Source of the DNA: an uncultured Saprospiraceae bacterium
GTDB lineage: Bacteria; Bacteroidota; Bacteroidia; Chitinophagales; Saprospiraceae
Length of the DNA stretch: 49,599 nt
Assembly (NCBI GenBank): GCA_937139495.1
Contig: CAKZQC010000009.1
Span: 1-49,599, forward strand
Direction: 5' to 3'
Position 1 is the first letter of the stretch. Each line of letters opens with the position of its first letter. Below the pieces are notes generated by a model, which saw only the letters and a list, made by a program, of their open reading frames with translations, made no database searches and was not told the origin of the DNA. Shown piece by piece: positions 37,841 to 47,510 of the stretch. Both the position numbers and the translations under genes were made by a program.

Positions 37841-38854
37841 ATGGAAACAAGAAAAAAAGTTTTGTCAGCGATACAGCCTACGGGCAATATGCACTTTGGT
37901 AACTATTTTGGTGCGGTACAGAATTGGGTCAATCTACAAGAATCGTATGATTGTGTGTATGGTGTAGTGGATTATCATGCTATGACGATGCCCTACAATC
38001 CCAAAAAACTGAGAGAAAATGTCTGGGAACTTCTGTTCAATTTGTTGGCAGTAGGGGTCAAGGCAGAGCATTTGTTTATACAGAGTTTGGTGCCAGAACA
38101 TACCGAATTGAGTTGGATTTTCAACTGCTTTTGTTCTTACGGACAATTGAGCAGAATGACACAATTCAAGGACAAAAGTCAGCAATCGAAGCAAAAGGCA
38201 GACGATAGCTTTATTTCGGCTGGTATCTTTGATTATCCTGTCTTGCAGGCGGCAGATATTTTGATTTACAAAGCAGATTTTGTGCCTGTCGGCAAAGACC
38301 AAGAACAGCACTTGGAGTTGACTCGCAATATAGCAGAGCGATTCAATAAGCAAGTAGGGAAAGATTATTTTGTATTGCCCGAAACGCTCTACACGGAATT
38401 GCCTAAAGTGATGTCAACGGCTGATCCGACCCGCAAGATGAGCAAGAGTGCAGGCGAGAAACATTATATTTCGGTGTTTGCAGACGAAGCTCGTATTCGC
38501 AAGCAAATCAAGTCGGCAGTGACAGACACAGGCGACCAAGTAGCAGGCGTGATGAGTGCAGGAGTACAAAACTTATTCAATTTGCTCAAAGCATCGGGCA
38601 GATTGGATAGCTATGCTGGATTGATGGCAGATTACGACCATGACCGCTTGAAATATTCCGACCTCAAAGCAGCAGTAGCAGATGGTTTGGTCACGATGTC
38701 GAACCAATTCAAAGAAAGAAAGTCAGAGATTTTGGCGAATAAGAAAGAGTATAAAAATCAAATAAAAGCTTCTTCGGCAGCTATTCGCAAACAAGCCCAA
38801 CAAACGGTTCAGGAAGTAAAAGACTTGGCTGGTTTGGCTAATGTGAAGTATTAG
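37841..38854 (+). CDS. trpS: Tryptophan--tRNA ligase
   Basis: Class I HIGH-type motif QPTGNMHFGNYFGA. KMSKS motif. 337 aa. Confidence 0.95.
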   Translation: METRKKVLSAIQPTGNMHFGNYFGAVQNWVNLQESYDCVYGVVDYHAMTMPYNPKKLRENVWELLFNLLAVGVKAEHLFIQSLVPEHTELSWIFNCFCSYGQLSRMTQFKDKSQQSKQKADDSFISAGIFDYPVLQAADILIYKADFVPVGKDQEQHLELTRNIAERFNKQVGKDYFVLPETLYTELPKVMSTADPTRKMSKSAGEKHYISVFADEARIRKQIKSAVTDTGDQVAGVMSAGVQNLFNLLKASGRLDSYAGLMADYDHDRLKYSDLKAAVADGLVTMSNQFKERKSEILANKKEYKNQIKASSAAIRKQAQQTVQEVKDLAGLANVKY

Positions 38855-39069
38855 ACTACTAGATATTAGAAGTTAGACATGCTCTAAATCGAGTTTCTAA
38901 CAAGCTAAAAAAATACATTGCTGCTAATTGCTCCGCAGGAGTGATTGGCAGTTTTTGTTAAAACAGTACACTTGCATTACTTTTTGAAAGTATAAATACA
39001 TGATAAAACCTTCATGTATTGGGTTTTATTTTTATCTTTAATAACACAGATTGCTACAAGTATATAACT

Positions 39070-40035
39070 ATGCACGATCATCATGACCATCACGGTCACC
39101 ACCACCACGAAATTCAACTTTCAGACGTCAACAAAGCGTTAATTATTGGTATTGTTTTGAATGTTATTTTTGTTGTTATCGAAACAGGGGTAGGACTGTG
39201 GTACAATTCTTTGGCACTGCTTTCTGATGCAGGACACAACTTTAGCGATGTTATTGCTTTAGTGATCGCTTTGGGAGCGTTCAAGTTATTGGCGATACAG
39301 CCCAATCAAAACTATACGTATGGTTACCGCCGTACAACGATATTGGCAGCATTGATTAATGCTATTTTGCTGTTGGTAGCAGTAGGAGCTATCTTATGGG
39401 AAAGTATTGGCAGATTGTTGAATCCAGTAGCCATAGATGGCGTCACCACCGCTATTGTAGCAGGCATTGGTATTCTTATCAATGGGTTTACCGCTTGGTT
39501 ATTTGTCAAGGACAAAGACAAAGATTTGAATATAAAAGGAGCTTATTTGCACATGTTGGCAGATACCTTGGTCTCGGCAGGGGTTGTGGTTAGCGGTGTT
39601 GTCATTTGGGCTACGGGCTGGTTTGTGGTCGATACGATTATGAGTTGGGTGATTGTTGTTATGATTTTGCTATCGACTTGGCACTTACTCAAAGACTCTA
39701 TCAAACTGAGTTTAGATGGTGTTCCAACAGGCATTGATATACAAAAGATAAAAGATAAAATAAAAAAAGTAACCACAATAGAATCGATACATCATGTCCA
39801 TATTTGGGCATTGAGTACCGCAGAAAATGCGTTGACGGCTCATTTGGTTGTGGCAAACGACAGTACGTTTGAGGCAATAACCGCCGCCAAAAAAGAGATT
39901 AGACACCTACTGGCACACGAAAATATACATCACGTGACGCTAGAAGTAGAGCGGGAGTCAGATGATTGCCCTGGAGAAGATTGTACGATTATGCTAGAGT
40001 CAGAGGAAGGGCATGAACACCACCATCATCATTAG
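39070..40035 (+). CDS. Cation diffusion facilitator (CDF) family metal efflux transporter, His-rich termini
   Basis: His-rich N-terminus (HDHHDHHGHHHHE) and C-terminus (HEHHHHH). Six TM helices. Motif HMLADTL. I used the ATG at 39070 rather than the upstream extension. Confidence 0.85.
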   Translation: MHDHHDHHGHHHHEIQLSDVNKALIIGIVLNVIFVVIETGVGLWYNSLALLSDAGHNFSDVIALVIALGAFKLLAIQPNQNYTYGYRRTTILAALINAILLLVAVGAILWESIGRLLNPVAIDGVTTAIVAGIGILINGFTAWLFVKDKDKDLNIKGAYLHMLADTLVSAGVVVSGVVIWATGWFVVDTIMSWVIVVMILLSTWHLLKDSIKLSLDGVPTGIDIQKIKDKIKKVTTIESIHHVHIWALSTAENALTAHLVVANDSTFEAITAAKKEIRHLLAHENIHHVTLEVERESDDCPGEDCTIMLESEEGHEHHHHH

Positions 40036-40070
40036 GCTACTCTATTTTTATGAAATAAACAATTGATATT

Positions 40071-40895
40071 ATGATAAATGTACTCAAAAATAGCGTGCTG
40101 CTGCTAGCACTTTTGTTCGTTTCGATTGGCTGCGAAGAAATACCACCTGAGATTACGCCCTGTCAAACCAATCGGGTGATTTTGGTCGAAGAGTTTACAG
40201 GGATTGATTGTGTCAATTGCCCAACAGGGGCAGAAAGATTGGAGCAGCTTTCTAATCAGAATCCCGGTAAAATGATTATAGTTGGGATTCATGCAGGTTT
40301 TTTTGCCACAAATAGAAACGGTTTTGATTTGCGTTGTTCAGACGGGCAAGCCTTAGAACAGTTCTTAGGACCTGTACAAGGCTATCCAGCCGCTACGATC
40401 AATAGACGCATATTTGAGGGCGAAAATCAATTGCCACTTGGACAGTCGCAATGGGCAGGGGCGATCAATAGCGAAATTTGCCAGCCACCAATTGTTGATA
40501 TTACGATTACGCCGACGTTTGACGAAATAGACAACAAAGCTTCGGTTGTAGTAGATGTTGTTAGAGGTCCTTTCTACAACGAAGTACTTCAAGAAGATTT
40601 GGCATTGACGATAATGATAACGGAAGATAATATAGTAGGTTATCAGTTGACGCCAGCAGGAGGCGACAATAGTTATAAGCACAAACATGTATTGCGCGAT
40701 GTGTTGAGCAACGATTTTAAAGGTGATGTGATACTCGGAAAAGGAAACCCTATCACTGCTCAACAAGTGGTGATTAATGAGTATCAAATTCCTGCCGATT
40801 GGAAAGCAGAAGATTGTCATATTATTGCTTTTGTACACAACAAAGGACTCAACTCAGAGGTGCATCAAGTAGTAGAAGCTAAACTCAAACCCTAA
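40071..40895 (+). CDS. Omp28-related outer-membrane lipoprotein (thioredoxin-like CxxC)
   Basis: Lipoprotein signal LLFVSIGC. EEFTGIDCVNCPTG motif as in the Omp28 family. Confidence 0.45.
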   Translation: MINVLKNSVLLLALLFVSIGCEEIPPEITPCQTNRVILVEEFTGIDCVNCPTGAERLEQLSNQNPGKMIIVGIHAGFFATNRNGFDLRCSDGQALEQFLGPVQGYPAATINRRIFEGENQLPLGQSQWAGAINSEICQPPIVDITITPTFDEIDNKASVVVDVVRGPFYNEVLQEDLALTIMITEDNIVGYQLTPAGGDNSYKHKHVLRDVLSNDFKGDVILGKGNPITAQQVVINEYQIPADWKAEDCHIIAFVHNKGLNSEVHQVVEAKLKP

Positions 40896-40907
40896 ACGAC
40901 TAATCGT

Positions 40908-41732
40908 ATGAATGGGCATAGAAAACCAACCGCAAAAGAGGTCAAGGCAATGTACAATATATTCAAACCATTGTATTGGCTCAACGAACCTGTATTTTAT
41001 AATATGGAAAATATTCCAACTAAAGGTCCTGTACTTTTTGTGGGGAATCATACCCTTTTGGGGCTTTGGGACGCTAGTCTGATGTGGTTCAAGCTGTATC
41101 AAGATTTGAATATTTTCACTTATACCTTGGGAGATACGGCTCATTTCAAAGTGCCACTTTGGCGAGATTTGGCATTCAAGTTTGGTATAGTGGAAGGTAG
41201 TAGAGAAAGCTGTGCACAGCTGATGAAAGAGGGCGAATATATTTTGGTGTTCCCCGGAGGCTCAAAAGAGGCATTCAAAAACAAAGGTGAAGCCTACCAA
41301 CTCAAATGGGAAGACCGAGTCGGTTTTGCCAAAATGGCAATACGTAACCAATGTACAATTGTGCCGATTTCGGCAGTAGGAGGAGAGGAGTGTTACGAAT
41401 TGGTGATGGATAGCAAGGAAATATTAGCTTCTCCCGTAGGGAAAATACTCAAGCTGATGGGGGTGCGAAAAGATATGGTCATTCCGTTGGTCAAGGGGGT
41501 TGGTATTACGCCATTGCCACGCCCACAGAAATTTTACTATCAATTTGGAGAGCCTATTTCTACCACCGAATACTTGGGTATGGAAGAGGATAAAGAGGCG
41601 TTGTATGCACTCAAAGAGAAAGTGCAACTGAAAGTAGAAGAAGGGCTATCCGATTTGTTGAAAATACGAGATAATGACCCTGATAGCAAGTTATTAGATA
41701 GACTTTGGCATAAAATCAAGCACAAAAAATAG
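40908..41732 (+). CDS. Lysophospholipid/glycerol-3-phosphate acyltransferase family protein
   Basis: VGNHTLLGLWD (HX4-6D acyltransferase motif-like) and the VFPGG motif. Confidence 0.55.
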   Translation: MNGHRKPTAKEVKAMYNIFKPLYWLNEPVFYNMENIPTKGPVLFVGNHTLLGLWDASLMWFKLYQDLNIFTYTLGDTAHFKVPLWRDLAFKFGIVEGSRESCAQLMKEGEYILVFPGGSKEAFKNKGEAYQLKWEDRVGFAKMAIRNQCTIVPISAVGGEECYELVMDSKEILASPVGKILKLMGVRKDMVIPLVKGVGITPLPRPQKFYYQFGEPISTTEYLGMEEDKEALYALKEKVQLKVEEGLSDLLKIRDNDPDSKLLDRLWHKIKHKK

Positions 41733-41970
41733 CTAATTAAGCTAAGTTTTTTTTTGATATAATTGATTGGTTTTGAGTGATTTATGTTCTATGAGGTAGC
41801 TTTTGGAGGATAGTATGAATTAAGTTTTGGGCAATTTATGGTTTGAAAAAAAAGAAGGAGGTCTCTATATTTGTATCAGATAGTTGAGATAGTAATTTTT
41901 CTTCCCTAAATGTGACCCCTAAATCACACAGAGAAGATAGTGATTGAAAGGATGGCGTGATTTCCATCTT

Positions 41971-42006
41971 ATGCCTTCAGGAGTAGTGACCTGAAGGCAT
42001 TTTTTT
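41971..42006 (+). terminator. Hairpin plus T6 located 15 nt upstream of the PPTase start (terminator of an upstream sRNA/leader, or an attenuator)
   Basis: atgccttcag [gagtagtgac] ctgaaggcat followed by tttttt. It is 240 nt downstream of the previous gene. Confidence 0.6.
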
Positions 42007-42020
42007 GTATATTACGAACC

Positions 42021-42656
42021 ATGCCTATTGTACAAACATATCAGAAAGCGGCTTACCAAATTTGTGTTTGGGAATTGACCGAAACCACTACCGTACTCGA
42101 AACGTTGTTGGGATTGTCTGCCATAGAATGCACGCAGCAGTCAGCGTTATTCAAGCACGAACCAGCCTATCAAAACTGGCTCGCCAGTCGAATTTTGTTG
42201 CAGTCGATGACGCAGCAATCTTATACGGCATTTATTCGTAGCCCTGCGGGCAAATTACAATTGCCACAACAAGCCATAGAGATTTCGATTAGCCATTCGG
42301 CTCAATGGGTGGCGGTAGCCACTAGCCCTATTTCATTAGGAATTGATATACAGATTCCGAGCACTAAACTCGAACGTATTGCCAGTAAGTATATTGCCGC
42401 TCAACGGCTAGAAGAACTCCAACAGTCAGTGGATTATATAGCAAATTTGCATTGGTATTGGGGTATCAAGGAAGCACTTTTTAAGGCGTACGGAGTAGGG
42501 CAAATTGATTTTCGCAAACACTTGCAGATTGTACCTTTTGAGCTTAATTCAGGACAGACGGTGGCACAAGTTGTCAAATCGAATTTTGAAGGAAACTATC
42601 AAATTGAGTATTGGAAGCAGCCAAATTATTATCTTTGTATTGCTTACGCTCAATAA
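42021..42656 (+). CDS. 4'-phosphopantetheinyl transferase (Sfp-type)
   Basis: GIDIQ metal-binding motif and the W-x-x-KEA-x-x-K motif (WYWGIKEALFKAYG). Confidence 0.75.
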   Translation: MPIVQTYQKAAYQICVWELTETTTVLETLLGLSAIECTQQSALFKHEPAYQNWLASRILLQSMTQQSYTAFIRSPAGKLQLPQQAIEISISHSAQWVAVATSPISLGIDIQIPSTKLERIASKYIAAQRLEELQQSVDYIANLHWYWGIKEALFKAYGVGQIDFRKHLQIVPFELNSGQTVAQVVKSNFEGNYQIEYWKQPNYYLCIAYAQ

Positions 42657-42697
42657 GTAGGTAGAATACATTTTAAACACTAAAAATTACAAGACCA

Positions 42698-43189
42698 ATG
42701 AAATATTTTTTTGCCTTGATTTGCTTTGTTTTACTGACCGCTTGCGGCGAACCCCACGAAATAGCCTTAGATGATAATGGCAACGAGAAATTTGAAGATT
42801 TTTATGTCAAGTTTCATGCAGATAGCAGCTTTCAGATGGCTCGAATCGAATTTCCGATGCTCAAAGAGCCTGAAAAAGGAGAACGAATGGAGTTTTGGGA
42901 AGCAGAAGATTGGGCAGTTGTCAAACCTGTGGTAGAAAAGAAAGGAGAAGTAGAAAGTAATGTAGAACACTTGGGTGAAGTTGTTAGAGAACGAGTGGTA
43001 TTGCACAACCGATTTATAATAGAATTCATGTATTCTTTGATTAACAAAAAGTGGTACTTGACCGAATATTCAGGAACAAAAACGCTGAATGCCTTTTTTG
43101 GACAAGAGCAAACAGAAACGCCTTCAGCAACAGAAGAAATGCCTATGGCTCCTGCTGTTAATTTGGAAATACCTACCGAAAACGAGTAA
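42698..43189 (+). CDS. Hypothetical lipoprotein
   Basis: Lipobox LLTAC. No other motif. Confidence 0.5.
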   Translation: MKYFFALICFVLLTACGEPHEIALDDNGNEKFEDFYVKFHADSSFQMARIEFPMLKEPEKGERMEFWEAEDWAVVKPVVEKKGEVESNVEHLGEVVRERVVLHNRFIIEFMYSLINKKWYLTEYSGTKTLNAFFGQEQTETPSATEEMPMAPAVNLEIPTENE

Positions 43190-43192
43190 CCT

Positions 43193-43756
43193 ATGCAAAC
43201 TTATATAGCTTTATTGAGGGGCGTAAATGTGAGCGGTAAGAACAAGCTCAACATGGCAGAACTCAAAATGATGTTGGAAGATTGGTGGAAATACAAGCAG
43301 GTAGAAACCTACATTCAGACAGGAAACATTATATTTCAGTACGAAAATATTCCACCCAAAGTATTGGCAACAGATATTCATAATTCGATTCGGGATACCT
43401 TCGGATATGAAGTGCCAGTACTCGTTATGACCAAAGCCAACTTTCTGAATACAGTTGATAATAATCCATTTTTGGAAGAATCAAAAGTACTAGACCCTAA
43501 GTTCCTACACGTTACTTTTTTGGAAGATATTCCTGTTCTTGCGCTGGTACCCAAAGTACTAGAAGCCGATAATGGCAGTGAAGAAATTCGATGGGTGAGA
43601 GACAAGTTGTACCTCTATTATCCCGATGGATATGGTCGAGCCAAAATGACCAATAACAAAATAGAAATCAAACTAAAAGTCAATGCGACCACTCGTAATT
43701 GGCGTACTTGCAATAAACTAGCAGATATGTTGCGAGCTTACGAAGAGGAGTTTTAG
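43193..43756 (+). CDS. DUF1697 domain protein
   Basis: N-terminus YIALLRGVNVSGKNKLNMAELKMML is typical of DUF1697. Confidence 0.6.
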   Translation: MQTYIALLRGVNVSGKNKLNMAELKMMLEDWWKYKQVETYIQTGNIIFQYENIPPKVLATDIHNSIRDTFGYEVPVLVMTKANFLNTVDNNPFLEESKVLDPKFLHVTFLEDIPVLALVPKVLEADNGSEEIRWVRDKLYLYYPDGYGRAKMTNNKIEIKLKVNATTRNWRTCNKLADMLRAYEEEF

Positions 43757-43774
43757 AGATAAAAAAACACTTAC

Positions 43775-44926
43775 TTACCTCCGTATTAGTGATATGGGGG
43801 CTCGATTCGTCTTTTTGTCAATGGGAGATGCTTGTCTTTGATTTATGTAAATAGAAATCCGAGCCAAAACTTCTTTTTTATGGCACGTTAGCGTGCTACT
43901 GCTATCTGTATTGTCAGGCAGTGTTTTTTGTTCTGAATCTATAGAGAAAACCGCGTTGCAAACTTGACGATTGTAATCTAATAAGCAATTGTAGGTTATA
44001 GAGCTATCACTTTTTGGAAGCAATTCTTTGCAAATCCTATTTAGCACGGGTTGGTAAAATTTGTGAATACTATCAACCTGCCATTGGGTGTAAGAAAATT
44101 CGGGGACGTATTCAAAACTAACAGTAGTGAATACATTGTTTGTGTCCACTCTATTTTCTCGATAACCTTTTATCTTGGTAGGCACACTGTCCAACCCAAA
44201 ACCTGTAATGTGCTCCATTGCTTTGGGGTCAATAAAGTACCAAAATCTACTAACAGAAGATTTTAAATTCCTATTAGAATCATAGCAAGTAGAATCATAA
44301 TGTTGAAAGAGAAGTGTCCGAGCGTCAACAAAAAATATACTTTTAGTGACTGAATAGGCACTGGTTTCATACAAATAAAAAGAATCAACTACCGCTCCTT
44401 TATTATAACTTTTTTTAATGCTAATTCTTCTATTATTAGTGTTGTATCGGGTGTCCTCTGTTCGAGTCAATACAAACTGATTTTCTATTTTGGTGTAATT
44501 TTTTTGACTGATGGTATTCCATTTTTCCGCTTGTTTCGCTCGCATCTGTACCTTAATGAAGGAATCTCCTTCCAATAGATTATAGGTGTACGCTTTTTCT
44601 AAATATTCCTGATTCGTTTCCATCTGAACGATGGAATCAATACTAATAATTTCGTTTTTGATAGTATCAATGGTGTAAGTTGTCTCATAACTAATATTGT
44701 CCACCTCTTGATGATAGCATACACATTTACAGTTTTCGATAGCAGGTATACTTAAGGAACAAGCACGCTTTTGACGAACGCTGTCGAACGAATGGCAGGA
44801 CGGCAATGAAATGATACTCCATGCCAATAATAGGAAAATACAGACTGTGTTAAAGTATTGCTTGTGATAGTCTTCTAGCACCTTTTTAATTGAAAATAGC
44901 CCTTGGCAGAAATTCGTTCTTACCAA
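43775..44926 (-). CDS. Hypothetical membrane-anchored/secreted protein
   Basis: N-terminal hydrophobic segment VCIFLLLAWSIISLPSC. Rich in Asn, Tyr, Ser and Thr. No recognisable domain. Confidence 0.45.
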   Translation of the reverse strand: MVRTNFCQGLFSIKKVLEDYHKQYFNTVCIFLLLAWSIISLPSCHSFDSVRQKRACSLSIPAIENCKCVCYHQEVDNISYETTYTIDTIKNEIISIDSIVQMETNQEYLEKAYTYNLLEGDSFIKVQMRAKQAEKWNTISQKNYTKIENQFVLTRTEDTRYNTNNRRISIKKSYNKGAVVDSFYLYETSAYSVTKSIFFVDARTLLFQHYDSTCYDSNRNLKSSVSRFWYFIDPKAMEHITGFGLDSVPTKIKGYRENRVDTNNVFTTVSFEYVPEFSYTQWQVDSIHKFYQPVLNRICKELLPKSDSSITYNCLLDYNRQVCNAVFSIDSEQKTLPDNTDSSSTLTCHKKEVLARISIYINQRQASPIDKKTNRAPISLIRR

Positions 44927-44967
44927 AGGCTATTGATTATTTTTATGGAAATAAAGAAAGTGTACCT

Positions 44968-45735
44968 TTACTTCTTGCTACTCAAGTAAGCCACTACTTG
45001 ACCCATGATAGCCCGACTTTCGTCAGATAATAACTGTTGGTGCAGTTGCTCCAAATCATTATCAAAATCTGCCATCATTTTTTTGGCTAAACCACCTTTG
45101 AGGGCTTTTTTGGTTTGAGCAAAGGCTTGTGGCGGCAATTTTAAGTACGTTTTCATTTTCTTTTCGGCTTCTTCCAATACGATAGACATCGGCACCAATT
45201 GATCAATCAATCCATACTCCAACGCATCATGCCCAGATAGGAGCGTCCCTTCGAGTAGCAGTTGATAGGCTCTACGGCGACCAATCCAGAAGGCGTACAA
45301 ATCCAAAATACTTTCTCTTGGAGCAATACCTACGGCTATTTCGTTCAGACCAATCTTGTACTTATCGCCAGTGGCCATGACACGATAATCGGCACAGCAC
45401 GCCCAAATACAACCACCTGCAGGGCTGTGTCCAGTAATAGCCGTGATGACCGCTTTAGGAAAAGCAGTCATTTCCGCAGCCAATTTCAGAAACGTACCCC
45501 AAAAGTGTTTGGTAGCAGCCGAGTCATACTCATAGACTTCCACCAAATCAACACCACCCGTAAAAAAAGGAGCATCACCTGTTAGGATAATTCCTCTAAT
45601 AGCGGCATCTTTTTCGGTATCTTGTAGCAATTGACGCAGTTCATCAACCATCAATTGATTGATGGCATTGGCAGCGCCACGGTTGAGTTGCACAATGAGG
45701 TAATTTTCTTTATTGGTTATTTTTAGCGTTTGCAT
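44968..45735 (-). CDS. Enoyl-CoA hydratase/isomerase (crotonase) family protein
   Basis: ILTGDAPFFTGGVDL and ITGHSPAGGCIWACCADYRV crotonase-fold motifs. Confidence 0.85.
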   Translation of the reverse strand: MQTLKITNKENYLIVQLNRGAANAINQLMVDELRQLLQDTEKDAAIRGIILTGDAPFFTGGVDLVEVYEYDSAATKHFWGTFLKLAAEMTAFPKAVITAITGHSPAGGCIWACCADYRVMATGDKYKIGLNEIAVGIAPRESILDLYAFWIGRRRAYQLLLEGTLLSGHDALEYGLIDQLVPMSIVLEEAEKKMKTYLKLPPQAFAQTKKALKGGLAKKMMADFDNDLEQLHQQLLSDESRAIMGQVVAYLSSKK

Positions 45736-45834
45736 AATGTTCGTATGAATGGATATAAAAATAGTCTAAAATTAGGAATTAAATCCTGCGACTAAATTAC
45801 AAGAACAAAACCAAATTTCAGACTATTTTCAAAT

Positions 45835-47325
45835 TTATTTGAAAGTAACTTTCTTTACTTCTTTTTTGTGCGTACCAACCAAACCGCTTGGGCCTCTATT
45901 TCCATCTTCGCCATGAGAACCGTAACTACAGCCATTGCAAATGCCACCACGTCCGCCAGTGCCACCCACTCCAGCAGCTATATTATAAGTATATTCAAAA
46001 TCTGTAGCACTCGGGTCTAGTACTACTACAATAGCACCACCATTGCCACCACGGCGACCGTCACTGCCTCTTGCTGGAGGACCACTACCATCTCTTTCTC
46101 TTTTTGAGTTGCCATCTACACCACTATGTCCATGTTCTCCAGGAGAATTGAAGTGTGCTTTCATACCCTTTTTGCTCAATTTGTAATAATTGAATTGATT
46201 ATTGGAGCCATCAGTTACCTTGACCAAATAGAGCGGCTCACTTGTTTCGGAATGTTTTGTAGTCGTTACTTCTATCAGAAGTGGAGCATTATAAACGGTA
46301 TTGTTTACCGTTAAATTACTACCATATTTAGCAGTAATAGAATGTGTTGTAGTGACACTAGGGTCAAATACAGAAGAAAAAGTATATTCAACTTTGTCCT
46401 TTGCAAATGGCTCATTGACTTTGTAGTACAATGTGCCAGAAGAGCCTTTGTATTTGGCTGCATCAGCAGCAAAACTAAATTCAGATGGCATGTAAGAGGA
46501 TTTACCATTGGCGGTAGAAGTCGCTTTGATGTCGCCAATGAATACCGTGCCGCCCAAGTTTTCTGTTTTAAGTACTTTGCCATCTGCTAGTGTAACAATG
46601 AAACCTACGCTTACTTTTTCGTAAGTCGTGCCATCATTGCCGCTTTGTATTTCTGTTTCCAGTATTTTGGTTTCTATTTTAGCTATTTTTTTGCCTTCCA
46701 ATGTATTTTCTGCTCGATAGGCTTTGCGTGCTGCTATTGCATCGATTTCCTTCTGCTTGAAGTTGGCTCTATACTGCGCTTGTACTTTTTTGACGTAAGC
46801 CAAGGCTTCGTTATGTGGTATTTTTTCGCCATAAATATTTTCAATACGCATAATGTCAGGTTTTTGGTAGCCTTCTGGACGAAACTGTACGATGGTATTT
46901 CTATACAGTACAAAAGAACCAGTATGACCTTCAGTGTAGCAGAATACTTCATCGGAGCCATCTACTTTTAGAGGGTAATACTTATCGGCATATTTTACAT
47001 CTGAGTAAGTACCAAAATAGACATATTTAACTTGGTCATCTTCTTTTACAATCGTTACCTTTTTTTCCCCCTTAGGAGTAGTTCTTTCATAGCTGCCTTC
47101 ATAGATGTAGTGCTTGTAGGCTTGTGACCTAAAATTTTTGATTAGCTCACTTTGGTCGGTAGAAGTAAGTGTAATCTCTTCTGGCTTTACTTCTCTAGGT
47201 TTGCCAATATTTCGTAGTGCTTGGTCTGCTTTGGTAAGTCCATCAGTCATTTTTTTGAAAAACTGTGCCTGAGTGGGTGCCAAGATAGTCCCGAACAGAA
47301 ATAAAATTAATGCAATTTGTTTCAT
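45835..47325 (-). CDS. Secreted hypothetical protein with Gly-rich, Cys-containing C-terminal tail
   Basis: Signal peptide ending TQAQ. C-terminus GSDGRRGGNGG ... GVGGTGGRGGICNGCSYGSHGEDGNRGPSG. Confidence 0.55.
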   Translation of the reverse strand: MKQIALILFLFGTILAPTQAQFFKKMTDGLTKADQALRNIGKPREVKPEEITLTSTDQSELIKNFRSQAYKHYIYEGSYERTTPKGEKKVTIVKEDDQVKYVYFGTYSDVKYADKYYPLKVDGSDEVFCYTEGHTGSFVLYRNTIVQFRPEGYQKPDIMRIENIYGEKIPHNEALAYVKKVQAQYRANFKQKEIDAIAARKAYRAENTLEGKKIAKIETKILETEIQSGNDGTTYEKVSVGFIVTLADGKVLKTENLGGTVFIGDIKATSTANGKSSYMPSEFSFAADAAKYKGSSGTLYYKVNEPFAKDKVEYTFSSVFDPSVTTTHSITAKYGSNLTVNNTVYNAPLLIEVTTTKHSETSEPLYLVKVTDGSNNQFNYYKLSKKGMKAHFNSPGEHGHSGVDGNSKRERDGSGPPARGSDGRRGGNGGAIVVVLDPSATDFEYTYNIAAGVGGTGGRGGICNGCSYGSHGEDGNRGPSGLVGTHKKEVKKVTFK

Positions 47326-47510
47326 TATTTTGTAATATTTAATGAGGGTGAAATAATTTTTAAGAAATCAAAAGTAATAATATTTTTCTATTGAGAAAAA
47401 ATAATGCTAACTAAAATAGTTTCTGTTTTTATTTATATATTAGGGTTTAAAAAAAAATGCTCTAAGAAATTCTTAGAGCATTTTTTTTAAACTAGTTGTA
47501 TCTCAGGTGG

